A DNA stretch of 64,000 nucleotides, taken from assembly GCA_027604505.1 (NCBI GenBank), contig JADIIX010000027.1, positions 62,001 through 126,000 on the forward strand, given 5' to 3'. Of this stretch, positions 50,690 to 62,546 are shown in pieces. Each line of letters opens with the position of its first letter. Positions within the stretch are counted from its first letter, which is position 1. The notes beneath the pieces were generated by a model, which was given only the letters and a program-made list of their open reading frames with translations, was not told where the DNA came from and made no database searches. This DNA is from Gonapodya sp. JEL0774. Taxonomy: Eukaryota. A program made the translations under genes and the position numbers.

Positions 50690-52907
50690 ATGGCTCCATC
50701 TGAAACCGTCTCTACTCCCATCACTAAGCTCCTCCGCATCAAGGCAAGTGCCTGCTGAAATCTTTCATCGTTCTGTCGGAATCTCTAGCTCACCAATTTT
50801 GAACTCGCAATTCAATCTACTCACGAAATGAACTCAGTACCCCATTCTCTTGGCTGGTATGTTTGCTTTTTCCTCTTGTGGAATGGTCGGAAGCTGATTC
50901 TCTTCGGATCGGAACACGTGTTGGGCACTTCAGGAATGGTTGGTTTTCGATCGTTTTCGCAGGCCCTTCCTTACCACAAAACTTACATATAACTTATTCG
51001 TTCAGGGAAGTGTTGCCGGCCCTGAGCTCGTCGCTGCCGTTTCCAAGGCCGGAGGACTCGGAGTCATCGGAGGTATGAGTCCCAGGTGATGATACATTAC
51101 GATCCGACATCTCAATACCAATTCAATCGCCCGCTTCAGGCATTGCCTACACCCCCGAGGGTCTTAAACAGGCCATTCGTCAGGTCAAGGACGAGCTCAA
51201 GGATGAGAACGCTCCATTCGGTGTCGACCTATTGCTTCCCCAGGTTGGCGGTAACGCGCGTGCCACCAACTACGACTACACCAAGGGAAAGCTCGGGGAC
51301 CTGATCGACATCATGATTGCGGAGAAGTGCAGGGTAGATAGAGAATTCGGCGATTGCATCTCGGTGAAAGTATCCTCACCTTCGTCAATCGTCACATTTT
51401 CAGCTCTTCGTATCCGCTGTCGGTGTTCCCCCCAAATGTGAGTGGTGGAACTCTCTTCATGTCCTTGGCAGCGATTTTGACACGGAATCTCTCCAAAGGG
51501 GCTGTCGATAAATGCCACAAAGCTGGCATCCCCGTCAGTGAGTGCTATTTCTGTTGATTATCGCTTCTGGATCGAATTGCGCTCGAATGATACCACGTCC
51601 CACCAATTCTTTTGCTTCGTCAATCTTTGAAACAATTAGTGAACAGTAAGTTTATACTACAAATTTGTTTCATTCTTCTGAATCCTAATCCTGATTTTCA
51701 GTGGTCGGTGCTCCCAAACACGTCACGAAGGCTCTTTCGGTTGGCGTTGGTTTGTATTTTCCTTTTTTTTTTTGTATAGCTTGTTCATATTCAGCTAACC
51801 ACTTTTCTGCATCCTCAGACATCATTTGTGCTCAAGGGTGAGCTTGTGTCAGAAGTACGCGGCGGTTCATGTCAGAATAACCAAATCTTTTGCCCCTTCA
51901 TTAAGTGGCGAAGGTGGTGGCCACACTGGTGAGATCGCCACATCTGTCCTCATCCCCAAGGTTGTCGACATTTGCAAGGGCTACAAGTCCCCCTTGACTG
52001 GTGGCCCCGTCAGCGTGTAAGTTCTCAAACTGATCTCACTTCACATGAACCGCTTTTTCACTACAAATTTTACTTCCAGTGTCGCTGCCGGTGGTATCTT
52101 TGACGGTCGTGGTGTTGCCATGAGTTTGTGCATGGGTGCCGATGCCGTTTGGGTTGGGTTAGTGTTCAGTGATCAGAAGTTGCCCTATTCGTAATGACCG
52201 AACTGCCATCATTCTCTACTCAGAACCCGTTTCGTCGCTGCCAAGGAGGCCAACTCTTCCCCCATGCACAAGCGTGCTGTTGTTGATGCCGACTTCACTG
52301 ACACCATCAGGTATGCGACGATTGGTGTTGGAACTCTCGTTTCCACAATTTGAGATTACTGAATAACGAACGCATGTGATCTCCAGGACCATCATCTTCT
52401 CTGGTCGTCCCATGCGTGTGCTCAAGGTAAGTTAAATTAAAATGAATATCGATTAATGGAATGAAACATAACTTTCCAATTGATTGTAGAACCCATACAT
52501 CATCAAGTATGCCTCTATCTTCAATGCAGGCTCTGTGTCATGTTCAGTCTCACTGATTGAATCATCTTTCTTTTTAGCTGGGAAACAAACCGCGCTGACG
52601 AGATCAAGGCGCTCACGTCCAAGGGTATCATTCCCGTTATCCACGAGCTGGACGAGAAGCAAAAGAAGGGCGAAGAACTTTCGACCGACCTTGTCATTCA
52701 GTCGAGGCCTTTCCTTGCCGGACAGGTGTCTGGTGCCATCTCGTCCATCAAGACTTCCGAAGAAATTGTTAACGAGATGATGACGTGAGTGACATTGGTC
52801 GATGGTTCCCCACGCAAAGATCCATTCTTAATATGTCGCTTTCCAGTGACTGTGTCAAAACTCTGAAGCACGTGCAGACCCTCATTGCACCCACCCCCAA
52901 GCTGTAA
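50690..52907 (+). CDS. Nitronate monooxygenase family, copy 2 (tandem paralog)
   Basis: Same motifs and mostly shared intron positions as copy 1 (LLPQVGGNARATNYDYT, GEGGGHTGEIATSVL, AAGGIFDGRG); ends PKL-stop. Confidence 0.92.
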
Positions 52908-53112
52908 ACCAAGCTACTCTGTATACGATATGAATGACCAATATAGCACTTACTGCATTGATTCATTGTTATACGCAGAAAGAATAGTTACAATTTCGCA
53001 AAGAACTTGAGATTGTGATTGACCGGGTGCCGGAGTCCAACACATCAAACCACGATACCTGCTGCCCTCTGCCCAACCTTTTTTCCGATTCTGTTGTCTT
53101 ATTCTCTACTGT

Positions 53113-55310
53113 ATGCCGGCTCCTATTTCTGAAGGCATGGAAACCATGGCGGGGATGCTTGCAGACTACATATCAGGGACTCTTCCTTCATCTCAAGAAA
53201 GATTCACGGGAGCTGGCCGAGTTCAAATCGTCGAGCACCCAGATGACGGTCGCGACGACAGAGTTTTGGTGGCGAAAGTGGCTTTCAAGGCACGAATCAC
53301 AGGAGCGATTTCGTTCTTCACTTGTTCACTCATATGCTCTTTCTGACCAGCCAGGAGACATTATTTTCACCGAGCGACCTCTTCTGCACACCTCTTTCAG
53401 CAATGCGCGCAATTTCCGTCCGGATCCCGCTATACCAACCCTCGCCCCGGATTTTCAGCGTATCTTGTTCGACTTCTGCAAACGATGGCGTATCTGGAAG
53501 AATCGCTCTGAAGCCACCAGCGCCGACCTAAATACGTCGTCCGATACTCTTCTCTTTGATCTTGCTATGAGCTTGCTCTCCACCGATGGAGTGGAGGGTG
53601 ATATGGCAAGGGAAGTGGATCCTCGCCGTGACAGGGATTATGAAAGGGGAGTTCGCGCATTCATCAAAACTTTCACGAATCTCGTTAGAGAGAGTCAAGA
53701 TAGATTTAGAGATCTCTCCGGGGCTGGGGAAGGACCTGAAGGTCGCACCGATGCACCAGTCCACGTAGGAATGATCCAAGTTCAACCTGAGGCTCCGTCA
53801 ACTCAGAGAGACGTCCCAAAAACAGGTACTAAACGCTCAGCTGATAAATTTAGTAGTTCGGAAGCTACACTACGCCGCGAGGGAGCTTCTCAGGGATCTT
53901 CGACCTCGTCGAAAAGGCGCAAGTTGACCCACCGAGACTCATCAGCTGCTGGCATTTCGGAACCTTTGATGCCTTCTGAGAAAGAACTTCTTCACTTATT
54001 GGCCGTCCTCGAAACAAATTGCCACTCGCGCGCTGTCGCGCCATCGATGGGGGGAAGTGTTAGTTCTGACGCCGACGACCCTGATCCGCCCCGCGACGAA
54101 TCAGTCGGACTTTATCTTGCGGGATCATTTATGGACCATTCATGTGCTCCAAATGCAACCGTGTCTCTGTCTCCGCCGAAAATCGATCTTGAACCTGCTC
54201 AGACGGAGGGTAATCTCACCCTTCTCTGCCTTCGTGCCATCTCCCCGGGGACGCCCATCACCATCAGCTATTCTGACAATGAGTTTGTTCCCACTCAAAG
54301 CAGACGCCAAGCCCTGCTTCGACGTGGTTTTCTCTGCACCTGCGATGCTTGTTCATGTAGGGATGCCTCGAGGGCCGGCTCATGTTTCGGAACCTGCGAT
54401 GGCACTGGAATACTGGCCCCAAGACCATCTGATAACGGGTCTGATGATGATGATGGAGAAGAGGAGGGGGCAGTTGAGGATCCGTCCGGGGAAGTTTTAG
54501 TGTTTGAGTGTGACATTTGTGATACGAGGTGCTCAACTGAGGAGGCACAAGCATTCATCGCGGCAGAGATTGAAATAGAGGACGACGTCGAGCAACAACT
54601 GCGCATTGTTGAGGGGGTCCTGGAAGTTGTGCAACAGTGGTTAAGTGGGTCTGTTGAAAGTGGATTCGAGAAGAAACTGGACGATTGGAGTGGCCTCGTA
54701 GCGCCGCGATTGGTGGTTAGCCAGTGGCAAAAAGACCTTCTCCAGAGAGTTGGATCGCTATCGATGAAAGCGAAATCAAAGAAGAAGGGCTCATCCCGAA
54801 CGGACAAGGATCGGGTATCAGGGTCAGGGCAAGTTAGTCGGGCAGCGGTTGAGCTGCACATGATTCACTCGACCTTCTACCAGTTTGTCAAAGAAAATTT
54901 GTACTCTGTAAGTGATCGTCTTCATCTATACCACCGTCCGTTGGCAATAACAGATGTGTTCCCCCTCATGTTTCTAGAATCCCAATTTTCGCATCGTCTT
55001 CACACATCCTGAAGCTCCTCTCCATGCGACCATATACCTTGCTGCAGCTTGCCTTCGTATCCTCGACCTCTCCGCCTCCGCTTCTGGTGAACTCACACCA
55101 CTCGCGAATTCCAGCCTACCTGAGACTGCCCGGGTGGTCTTTAGCGAAGATCTGCGACATCATTTTGTTTGGATGGCTAAAATGGCAAAGCTGGCTCGGA
55201 AGACTGTCCTGGGACGATGGGCTGCGGGGCTGGCAGAGAAGATGAGCACAATAATGTACGGAGAGGATAGCGAAGAAAGGAGAGAGGCCTCTGAACTTCG
55301 GACAATGTAG
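53113..55310 (+). CDS. SMYD-like SET-domain methyltransferase
   Basis: RVLVAKVAFK|PGDIIFTERP (via a GC-AG intron), LETNCH, GLYLAGSFMDHSCAPNA, LRAISPGTPITISY, RRQALLRRGFLCTCDAC post-SET; stop TAG 55308-55310. Confidence 0.85.
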
Positions 55311-55454
55311 ATTAGGCACCTCTGATTCTGTACCCTCTAAATACGAAACCGCGCATTTTCAATATCTGTTGCTGAGAATAGCTCCGAACAATGGGAAGTT
55401 ACAATGATAAACTGATAAGAACGCAAGTTCTCGGTTTCACACGATGTTTGCTGT

Positions 55455-58400
55455 TCAAGATGATACCACGATCTGGGTCTTCTCTCTTTTTCGTCGCTTC
55501 TTTGTTTTCGTGCCTTCCGTATCTGCCTCTCCCTTGGTTGCTTCTGTCACCTCCACCAATTCCTGCACCTCGGTGACGTCTTTGCTCTTCCTCTTCACTT
55601 TTGCACTAACCTCCACCGGCGCTGATTCGGATATCGCCAGGGCTGAGTCTAGTTCCCGCTCGGCTTCCTCGGCTTTGCGTTTTTTCTTGCCTTTATTGGC
55701 AAGCAAAGAAGACCCGCTGGTCAAACTTGCGTTAGGTTGGGAAGGCTTGCAAGAGCAGAACAAGGGTTAGAAAGGTCATTAGTCTTCTAAACACAACCAA
55801 AAGTGAAGAAAACTCACTTCATTCGACTCTTCCAAATCGTCTTTCTCGTTACTCCCCTTTTTCTTTTTTCTCTTGACCAACCCCTCTGGAGAAACTTCCT
55901 TCTCCCGAGTCCCTACGGGAACCACAACTCCATCCTTCCCTCGATCATCCTTGCGAATCTTTCCCCCTGCACTCGGACCACTCGATGAAAACAAAGCGTC
56001 TATTTCGTCCTTGGCAGCGGGGTCAGGCTGGCCAGAACAGCGGTGAAAAATGACGGCGTCAGGGTCGCAACCAATCATTGCTCCACCCCCAAACCGGACT
56101 CACCTTCTCCTCTGCACTTTCCTTCTCTCTTTTCTCTTTCTTCTTCTCCTTCTTTCCGTCCTGATTCAATTTCGTCTTCTCTCTCAGCACCAAACTTGTC
56201 CCAGCCAACAGACCTTGTACTGCCTCTTCGTCCACTGCGGGTAAGTTCACGTCGCCATCGTGGGTACGTTGACCCACATCAAGTTTCCGTTTACTCGCCA
56301 CGGTATTGTCTTTGGCATTCTGTACGGTTCTCTGCACCTCCACAAACCCAAATCCTGGGGTGTAAAATCTTCTTGTGGAAGACTCACTCTCTTCCGCTTT
56401 GGACCCGTGCTTTCCCGCTTTCTCTTCCCCCACAATCTCCTTGAACATCTCCCTTCTCCTCTCCCTGCCTTTCCACGTCTCTGTCCATCCCCGTGGATCC
56501 CTGAGTCGATCTTCCAGGCCCAGATTGCGAGCCACAAACACCCCACAGTGGTTCTGGGAGAGTTTGCGGAGATGTGGTTGAAGGAGGGACGCGAGATGGT
56601 TCTGTGGTGTTTTTATTGCAGTGGTGGGGCGGGTACGAGGCGCCGAGCACGGGGAGGGAGGGGAGGTCATATCAATGGTTCAACTCTCCCGTCACAAATC
56701 AACATATGCTCGCGTCTCACCTTGTCCTCCCACCCGGCGACTCCCCACCACGCCTCCACCACATGGCTTCCAAACTTATCCATCGCATATTGGACCCACT
56801 TGCTTTCAATCTTGGTTGCGAATTGCTTCTTCCCGGAGCGAGGCACGTTCGCGGATTTGAAAATGGATTCGACGAGGCGGGAGCCGGAGGGGTGAACAGG
56901 TAGGGAGATGAGCAAGGGCGGGGGCAGAGAGAGGAGGCTGAGAGGGGTGCGTGTGATTGGGGTTTGGGCGGGTTGTGAGCACCATCATCCTCCACCAAGT
57001 GAAGTGAATCGGCGCGCAAGGGTGACCCCTCATACAAAGAAAACATACCCACCCCTCGATGACCCCTTTTCCAGCATCTTTGACAAACGCAATCACTTGA
57101 GCAGCCACCGAACACCCGTACGAGTCCACTTTCCACACCCCCACTCCCATGTCTTCCGTATTGCCCCCTGACTCGGTACACCACATGCCCCATCGCTTCC
57201 CCGACACCATACAGTACGCTAAATCTTTCACCCGGTCTGGTGCCAATGCCGTGGGCGTGGTAGTGGAGGCGGAGGTGGAGGAGGAGTTAGCTGTCGGGTC
57301 GCATCCGAATGTAGAGGCGAGGTGGGCGAGGTGGGTGCGTTGGAGAGCCGGAGAGCCTCGGGTGGCGACAGAAGTTGTAAGTGCGAGGACCAGGGCGGGG
57401 CGGCGGGAGGTAACTAGGTATTTAGTCGGGAGGGATGTGTGTTGTTTGGTCGGGGACAGGGGTGGCCGGGCAACGGAATGTTAAATGAGTTCGTACGCAC
57501 AGCGTATTCACCTGGAGATCCGACACCAGCTACCCTTCCCCTGCTCCTACTCACACCAAATCTCCGCCCCCGCTTTCCCCACCTCCTCGACACACGCCTC
57601 CAATTCTTTGCCCTCTGCCCTCGCGACCACCTTTTGCGCCACATAGTTCCCCACTCCATCGCGAGCGAGAAGAACCACGCGGCCGGCCAGGTCGCGGTTG
57701 AAGATGAAGGCGAAGTGGGTGTAAGATGTGTGCAGCAGGATCTTCTCGGCGAGGTGAGAGGCCGTGGGGTGGGTCAGGAGGGTCGGGAAAAAGGGTGTCG
57801 GCGGATCGTGGACTGGAAGGAAGGAAGATATGGTTAGTATGGTCCTTGAGTCATAGATGTTTACCATTACACCGCCATCCCCCTAAGGCAAAACACCCAG
57901 GCCCCCGACCCTTCTTGCGCCCCCCCACACTCACTCCCATCCCCCACATCCACAATTCTCTCCACCACCGCCCTCCCAGCCTCGCCCGCCTCCACTGCCA
58001 CTTGCATCGCCGGACTCGCCGTCACGTGCACGCACAAGTCCCGCACCTCGGCGTCCGACGCCATCACCACGGGGTCAAGCATCTTTGCCAGCACTGGGGA
58101 AAACGTGGGCGGTACCGAGCGGACGCGGGAGAGGGACGCGGGGCTGGGGGGGAGGTGGGTGGACGGGGATTTGCGGGGGTGAAGGGGGCGTTTGGTAGTC
58201 GTTTTGGCGGAGGAGGGGGATGAGTCGGGGGTAATGGGGAGACCAGAGAGGATGCCGAGGATGGTGCGGAGCGGGTGGGATGCGTGGCGGTCACGGAGGA
58301 GGGGGATGGTGTGTGGGGCGAGATTCTGGGGAAATGAGGGTTGCACCGGTAACAGAAGCCGTGTGTGGTGAGATCACCGATATCCACATAAAGAATATGA

Positions 58401-60446
58401 GCAAGACGTATAATCGAGCTTCCCTACTCACCTCGCACACCTTCAAAAACGAGTTCGTCATGCTCGGCACGTCACCGCCACTCGGCTCGCCTTGGTGCTC
58501 TACCGAAGATTCACCCTTGAGCTTTGACGTGAATTCGGTAGCGGGTACCAGGAATTGGGGGGGAGTGGGGGTTTTGAGGTGGCAGAGGGGTGGAGACACA
58601 GCAGGTGAGTTTGGTGTCGCATCACACACAGGACCACCTTGACGGGCCAGTTGACACCGCCACACCCCGTCCACGTGTCTCACCGCATCCTAGCCACGCT
58701 CACGCCCGCCTCGCCCATGGTGTGAGGCCGAATTGGACCCCGGGCCGAAGCCCGCCACCAACACAGACACACACAACTACTAGAGACAAAGATGGCACAT
58801 CGGTTTTGTCGGTGTGTCCGGTGTGTCCCGTGCGCTTTCCCGACTTTGAACATGGTCATGGACATTCACCCACCTCGCGTTCCATCACGTCCGCGGCGAC
58901 GAGCAAGAGGGTTTGGCACACGTGGGAGGCGAACTGTTGGCGGAAGAGGTCGAAGAATCTGGGAAAGGGGTGGCGGATGGTGGGATGTGAGGGACAGTGC
59001 GTGCGGGTGTATGTGGAGAGAGGGTCCAATTGCCTTTCGATCGTTTTCATTGTTTTCTTCCGATACAGTGCGGTGCGAAGGTGGTGGTGGTGACGGGTGT
59101 GTTCTCTTGTGTGGGTGTGCGGGTCACACCGCCCCATGTGGGGGCCGCCCAAGGTTGACTCGAAACGAAGACACCCTGGGATTGCACACCGCCCACGCAC
59201 ACGCGTGCCGCCACGCCCACGGTACACCACGTTCGTGGCGCTCCTTCGCCACCCTCCCGCACGTGGCGCTCCTTCGCCCCCCTCCCGCGAATCCGGTTCC
59301 CCGTTCCCCCCACCGCCACTCTCGCCCCCGCCGCCCGTCGCCCAGACCAGCCCTCCCCCCCCCCCCCAGCCCCGGCGACCCACCCACCTCCCCCCAACTC
59401 TATCCATCAACACTCGTAACTGCCAATCGTCTGAAAACCTGACGACACATTCGACAGCCCTGCTGGTGACGGGGTCCGCGAACAGAGGGAGTTCGTGGCC
59501 TTCGAGGGAGGCGTAGGCAGAGGAGATGAGAGTGGGAAGGGCTAAGGGTGGTGGGATAGAGATGTGGCAGCGTGTCGGTAAGGTTAGTGGAAGAGTTCAC
59601 ACGTGACGGTGTGTAGTGGTCTGGGATCCAGGGGAGGAATGATTCCGAGGAGCTCAGATCACGTACAACCCCAACGCGGGCATCTCAGTACCAGGATCGT
59701 GTCCCGTTTGCCCATTGACCGATTGTGTGGCTTCTGGCCGCGGTGAATGATCGTGTTGTGATTCTCGATAGTCTCCCCACGAGGTGACATGAGTGCCGTT
59801 CAATTTCACCCACGATCTCCGGCATCCATTTTGAGTCAATCTTCCTTGGGAAGTTGATGTAGGCAACAGCTCTCGCACAGGACTTGCATAAAACGATCCC
59901 ACGAGCCACTCGGGCTCTCCTGTTCGGAGCAGGCATCCACACACGCTAACAGAAGGCAACCGACTCTCAACTCTCACCATCCTCATCTTCACGGTCCACT
60001 TGATTTTCCTTGATCAAGGATTCGAGTTTGGCAAAGTAGGAGGCGAGCTCGAGGGATGGTTTGCCGAAAAAGTCGATGGGAAGCGCGTGTCTGAGCTGGA
60101 AACCACCCCCAACACCCCCACCAGGGGGACCACCGGGCCCATCTGCACCTGTTACCCCACCCGTGTCAGTGCGCTGTCTTTTGTTTGAGTCTGGGAATGC
60201 GGATGGATCGATGTCGTGCCGGGGTCTTTTTCCCCGTTGGGCCCACGCGTCGAGGCCTGTTGTGGAGTCTGAATGGGCGATTGGATTCTGTATAGTACTG
60301 TCGTCCGTCTGGTCGTCGCCTTTATCGTCTGCATTGTCTACGAGTGCTTCGTTATCGTCCTTGTCGGCCAAGTCTACGTCGTTGCTGCTTTTGGCGTCCT
60401 TTTGTTTCTTCCCTCTGCGTCCGCGTCTTCTGACTGTTCTCGTCAT
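55455..60446 (-). CDS. NOP9: Nucleolar protein 9 (PUF-like repeats), multi-exon
   Basis: MTRTVRRRGRR N-terminus, FFGKPSLELASYF, QQFASHVCQTLL, RDRHASHPLRTIL, THPTASHLAEKIL, DGVGNYVAQKVV, MDKFGSHVVEAWW, K-rich tail; exact exon boundaries uncertain. Confidence 0.85.
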
Positions 60447-60942
60447 CGGTGATTGATATGGGGAATCGGATACGGGGGCTAAGGTGTCACAGGGTTTCTG
60501 CGAGTGTCATGCAGTTAGTGTCACCACAGGCAAGTTTCTCTCAACACTTGCGGACCACAGCTGTCATGCACGGTCCACAAGCTCCAGAGACCACAGCCCG
60601 TCTTTGAGAGCTTCTCGTCGGCATTTTCTCTCTCGTGTATTGTTTACCTGCGACCTGTGTTGTGGTGAGCAATTGATATCTCAGCCAATGGGCTGCATTC
60701 CTCTTTTCTCGCCACCTTCTGTATATAAACCACAAGATCAGATAGCGCCAAGATGAAATGTGATTCAGTTTTGTCTCTCCATGCCGATATCGAGTTCGCC
60801 AACGAGACGTGACGAAGTGTGTGGTTGGGGTGAGTGAAAAGAGAAAATAAGTGTTGTGGTCACGCACAGAGCCCGTTGCTTTTTTGCTCTTGTGCTCCCC
60901 CGGTCACTTTTCATTGCAACCAAACCCAAAACACAATCTGAA

Positions 60943-62281
60943 ATGGCTCCCCGTGAGTTGGATTAGCTGGCACGATGATCTTCTTACTTTTTACCCCGGC
61001 TGTCTTGAATCTGACTGGTTGTCATCGCCTCCGCGGTTTCGTTTGCTCCTCTTCCATCATATGCTTTCGAAACTCCTCACTGTCCTCGATTCCCACCTCG
61101 CTAACTCCCAGCTGGACGCGGCGGTGGAAGAGGAGGTGCTCCTGGTGGTCGGGGAGGCTTTGGAGGTCGCGGTGGTGGTTTCGGAGCTCGAGGTGGTGGT
61201 GTTACCCGTGGAGGAGGCCGAGGTGGATTCGGTGGCGCTCGTGGTGGCCCCCGTGGTGGAGGCCGTGGCGGAGGTCGTGGAGCATCGGCTGGCCGCGGTG
61301 GACGTGGAGGAGCTCGAGGTGGCAGGGGTGGAGCAAAGGGTGGAGCAAAGGTCGTCGTCGAGCCCCACCGACACGCGGGTGTATTCGTAGCAAGAGGTGG
61401 AAAGGAGGACCTCCTTGTAACCAAGAATTTGGTGCCCGGCGATTCTGTGTATGGAGAGAAGCGGATGACTGTGGAGGTAAGGAACCCGCGCAACTTAACG
61501 ATCTTGTCCCTCTTTTCTCAAGACGGGCCTGAATGTATTATTGCAGAATGCTGATGGTACTAAGACGGAGTACCGTGTTTGGAACCCATTCCGGTCCAAG
61601 TTGGCTGCTGGAATCCTGGGAGGTCTCGACAACGTCCACATCGCCCCTGGCCTGAAAGTACTCTACCTTGGAGCCGCAAGCGGTACCTCAGTATCGCACG
61701 TAGCAGATATCGTTGGTCCCGTGAGTTTTGTCAGATTGTGCGTGTGTGATCTTGTCTGGAAATCATGCTCCTCTTCCTCACAATAGACTGGTCTTGTTTA
61801 CGCTGTCGAGTTTTCTCACCGGTCAGGGCGTGATCTTATCAACGTTGCCAAGAAGCGGACAAACGTTATTCCCATCATCGAGGATGCGCGACACCCGCAC
61901 AAGTACCGCATGCTCGTATCCATGGTCGACGTCGTGTTCGCTGACGTCGCCCAACCGGATCAAGCCCGTATCATTGCCATGAACTCTCACATGTTCCTTA
62001 AGCAGGGTGGTCACATCGTCATCTCAATTAAGGTGAGGAGCGTTCCCCATAATCGATTGGCGCTCGAATCTGACCCCCATTGACCGCGTAATCGGAACAT
62101 ACACTTATAGGCTAACTGCATTGATTCGACCGTAGACGCCGCCACTGTGTTTGCACGTGAAGTTAAGAAGCTACAAGAGGAAAAGATCAAACCTCGTGAG
62201 CAGCTGACTCTGGAACCTTATGAGCGGGATCACGCCATTGTGGTTGGAGAGTACAGGTCTCAGAAGAAGAAGGACAAATGA
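60943..62281 (+). CDS. NOP1: Fibrillarin, rRNA 2'-O-methyltransferase
   Basis: RGG-rich GAR domain, [54 protein letters not shown]. Confidence 0.97.
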
Positions 62282-62546
62282 ATGATTGGAAGGTAACGGG
62301 CATTACATGGCGGTATACGTGCACTTTGCTAGTCTTTTGGAATTTGGAGCCTTCGGGCGTTTGTATCAATTGCAATCATTTTAGAAAATGATCCATTTGT
62401 CCGTGACCCTCGAGGATACCGAGTATGACAAAGGAACAACTGCCACCTTGGCTGCAGTGCCTGATCGATTGGCGGCCTCACCTGCACAAATCCACAATCC
62501 CACTGCCACTGCTGGATGCTCAGCAGCCTCAGATTGTCTTATTGAT

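Noticed and set aside
60970..61015. C/D-like boxes in fibrillarin intron 1
   Set aside because: Imperfect C box, too short, no recognisable guide.
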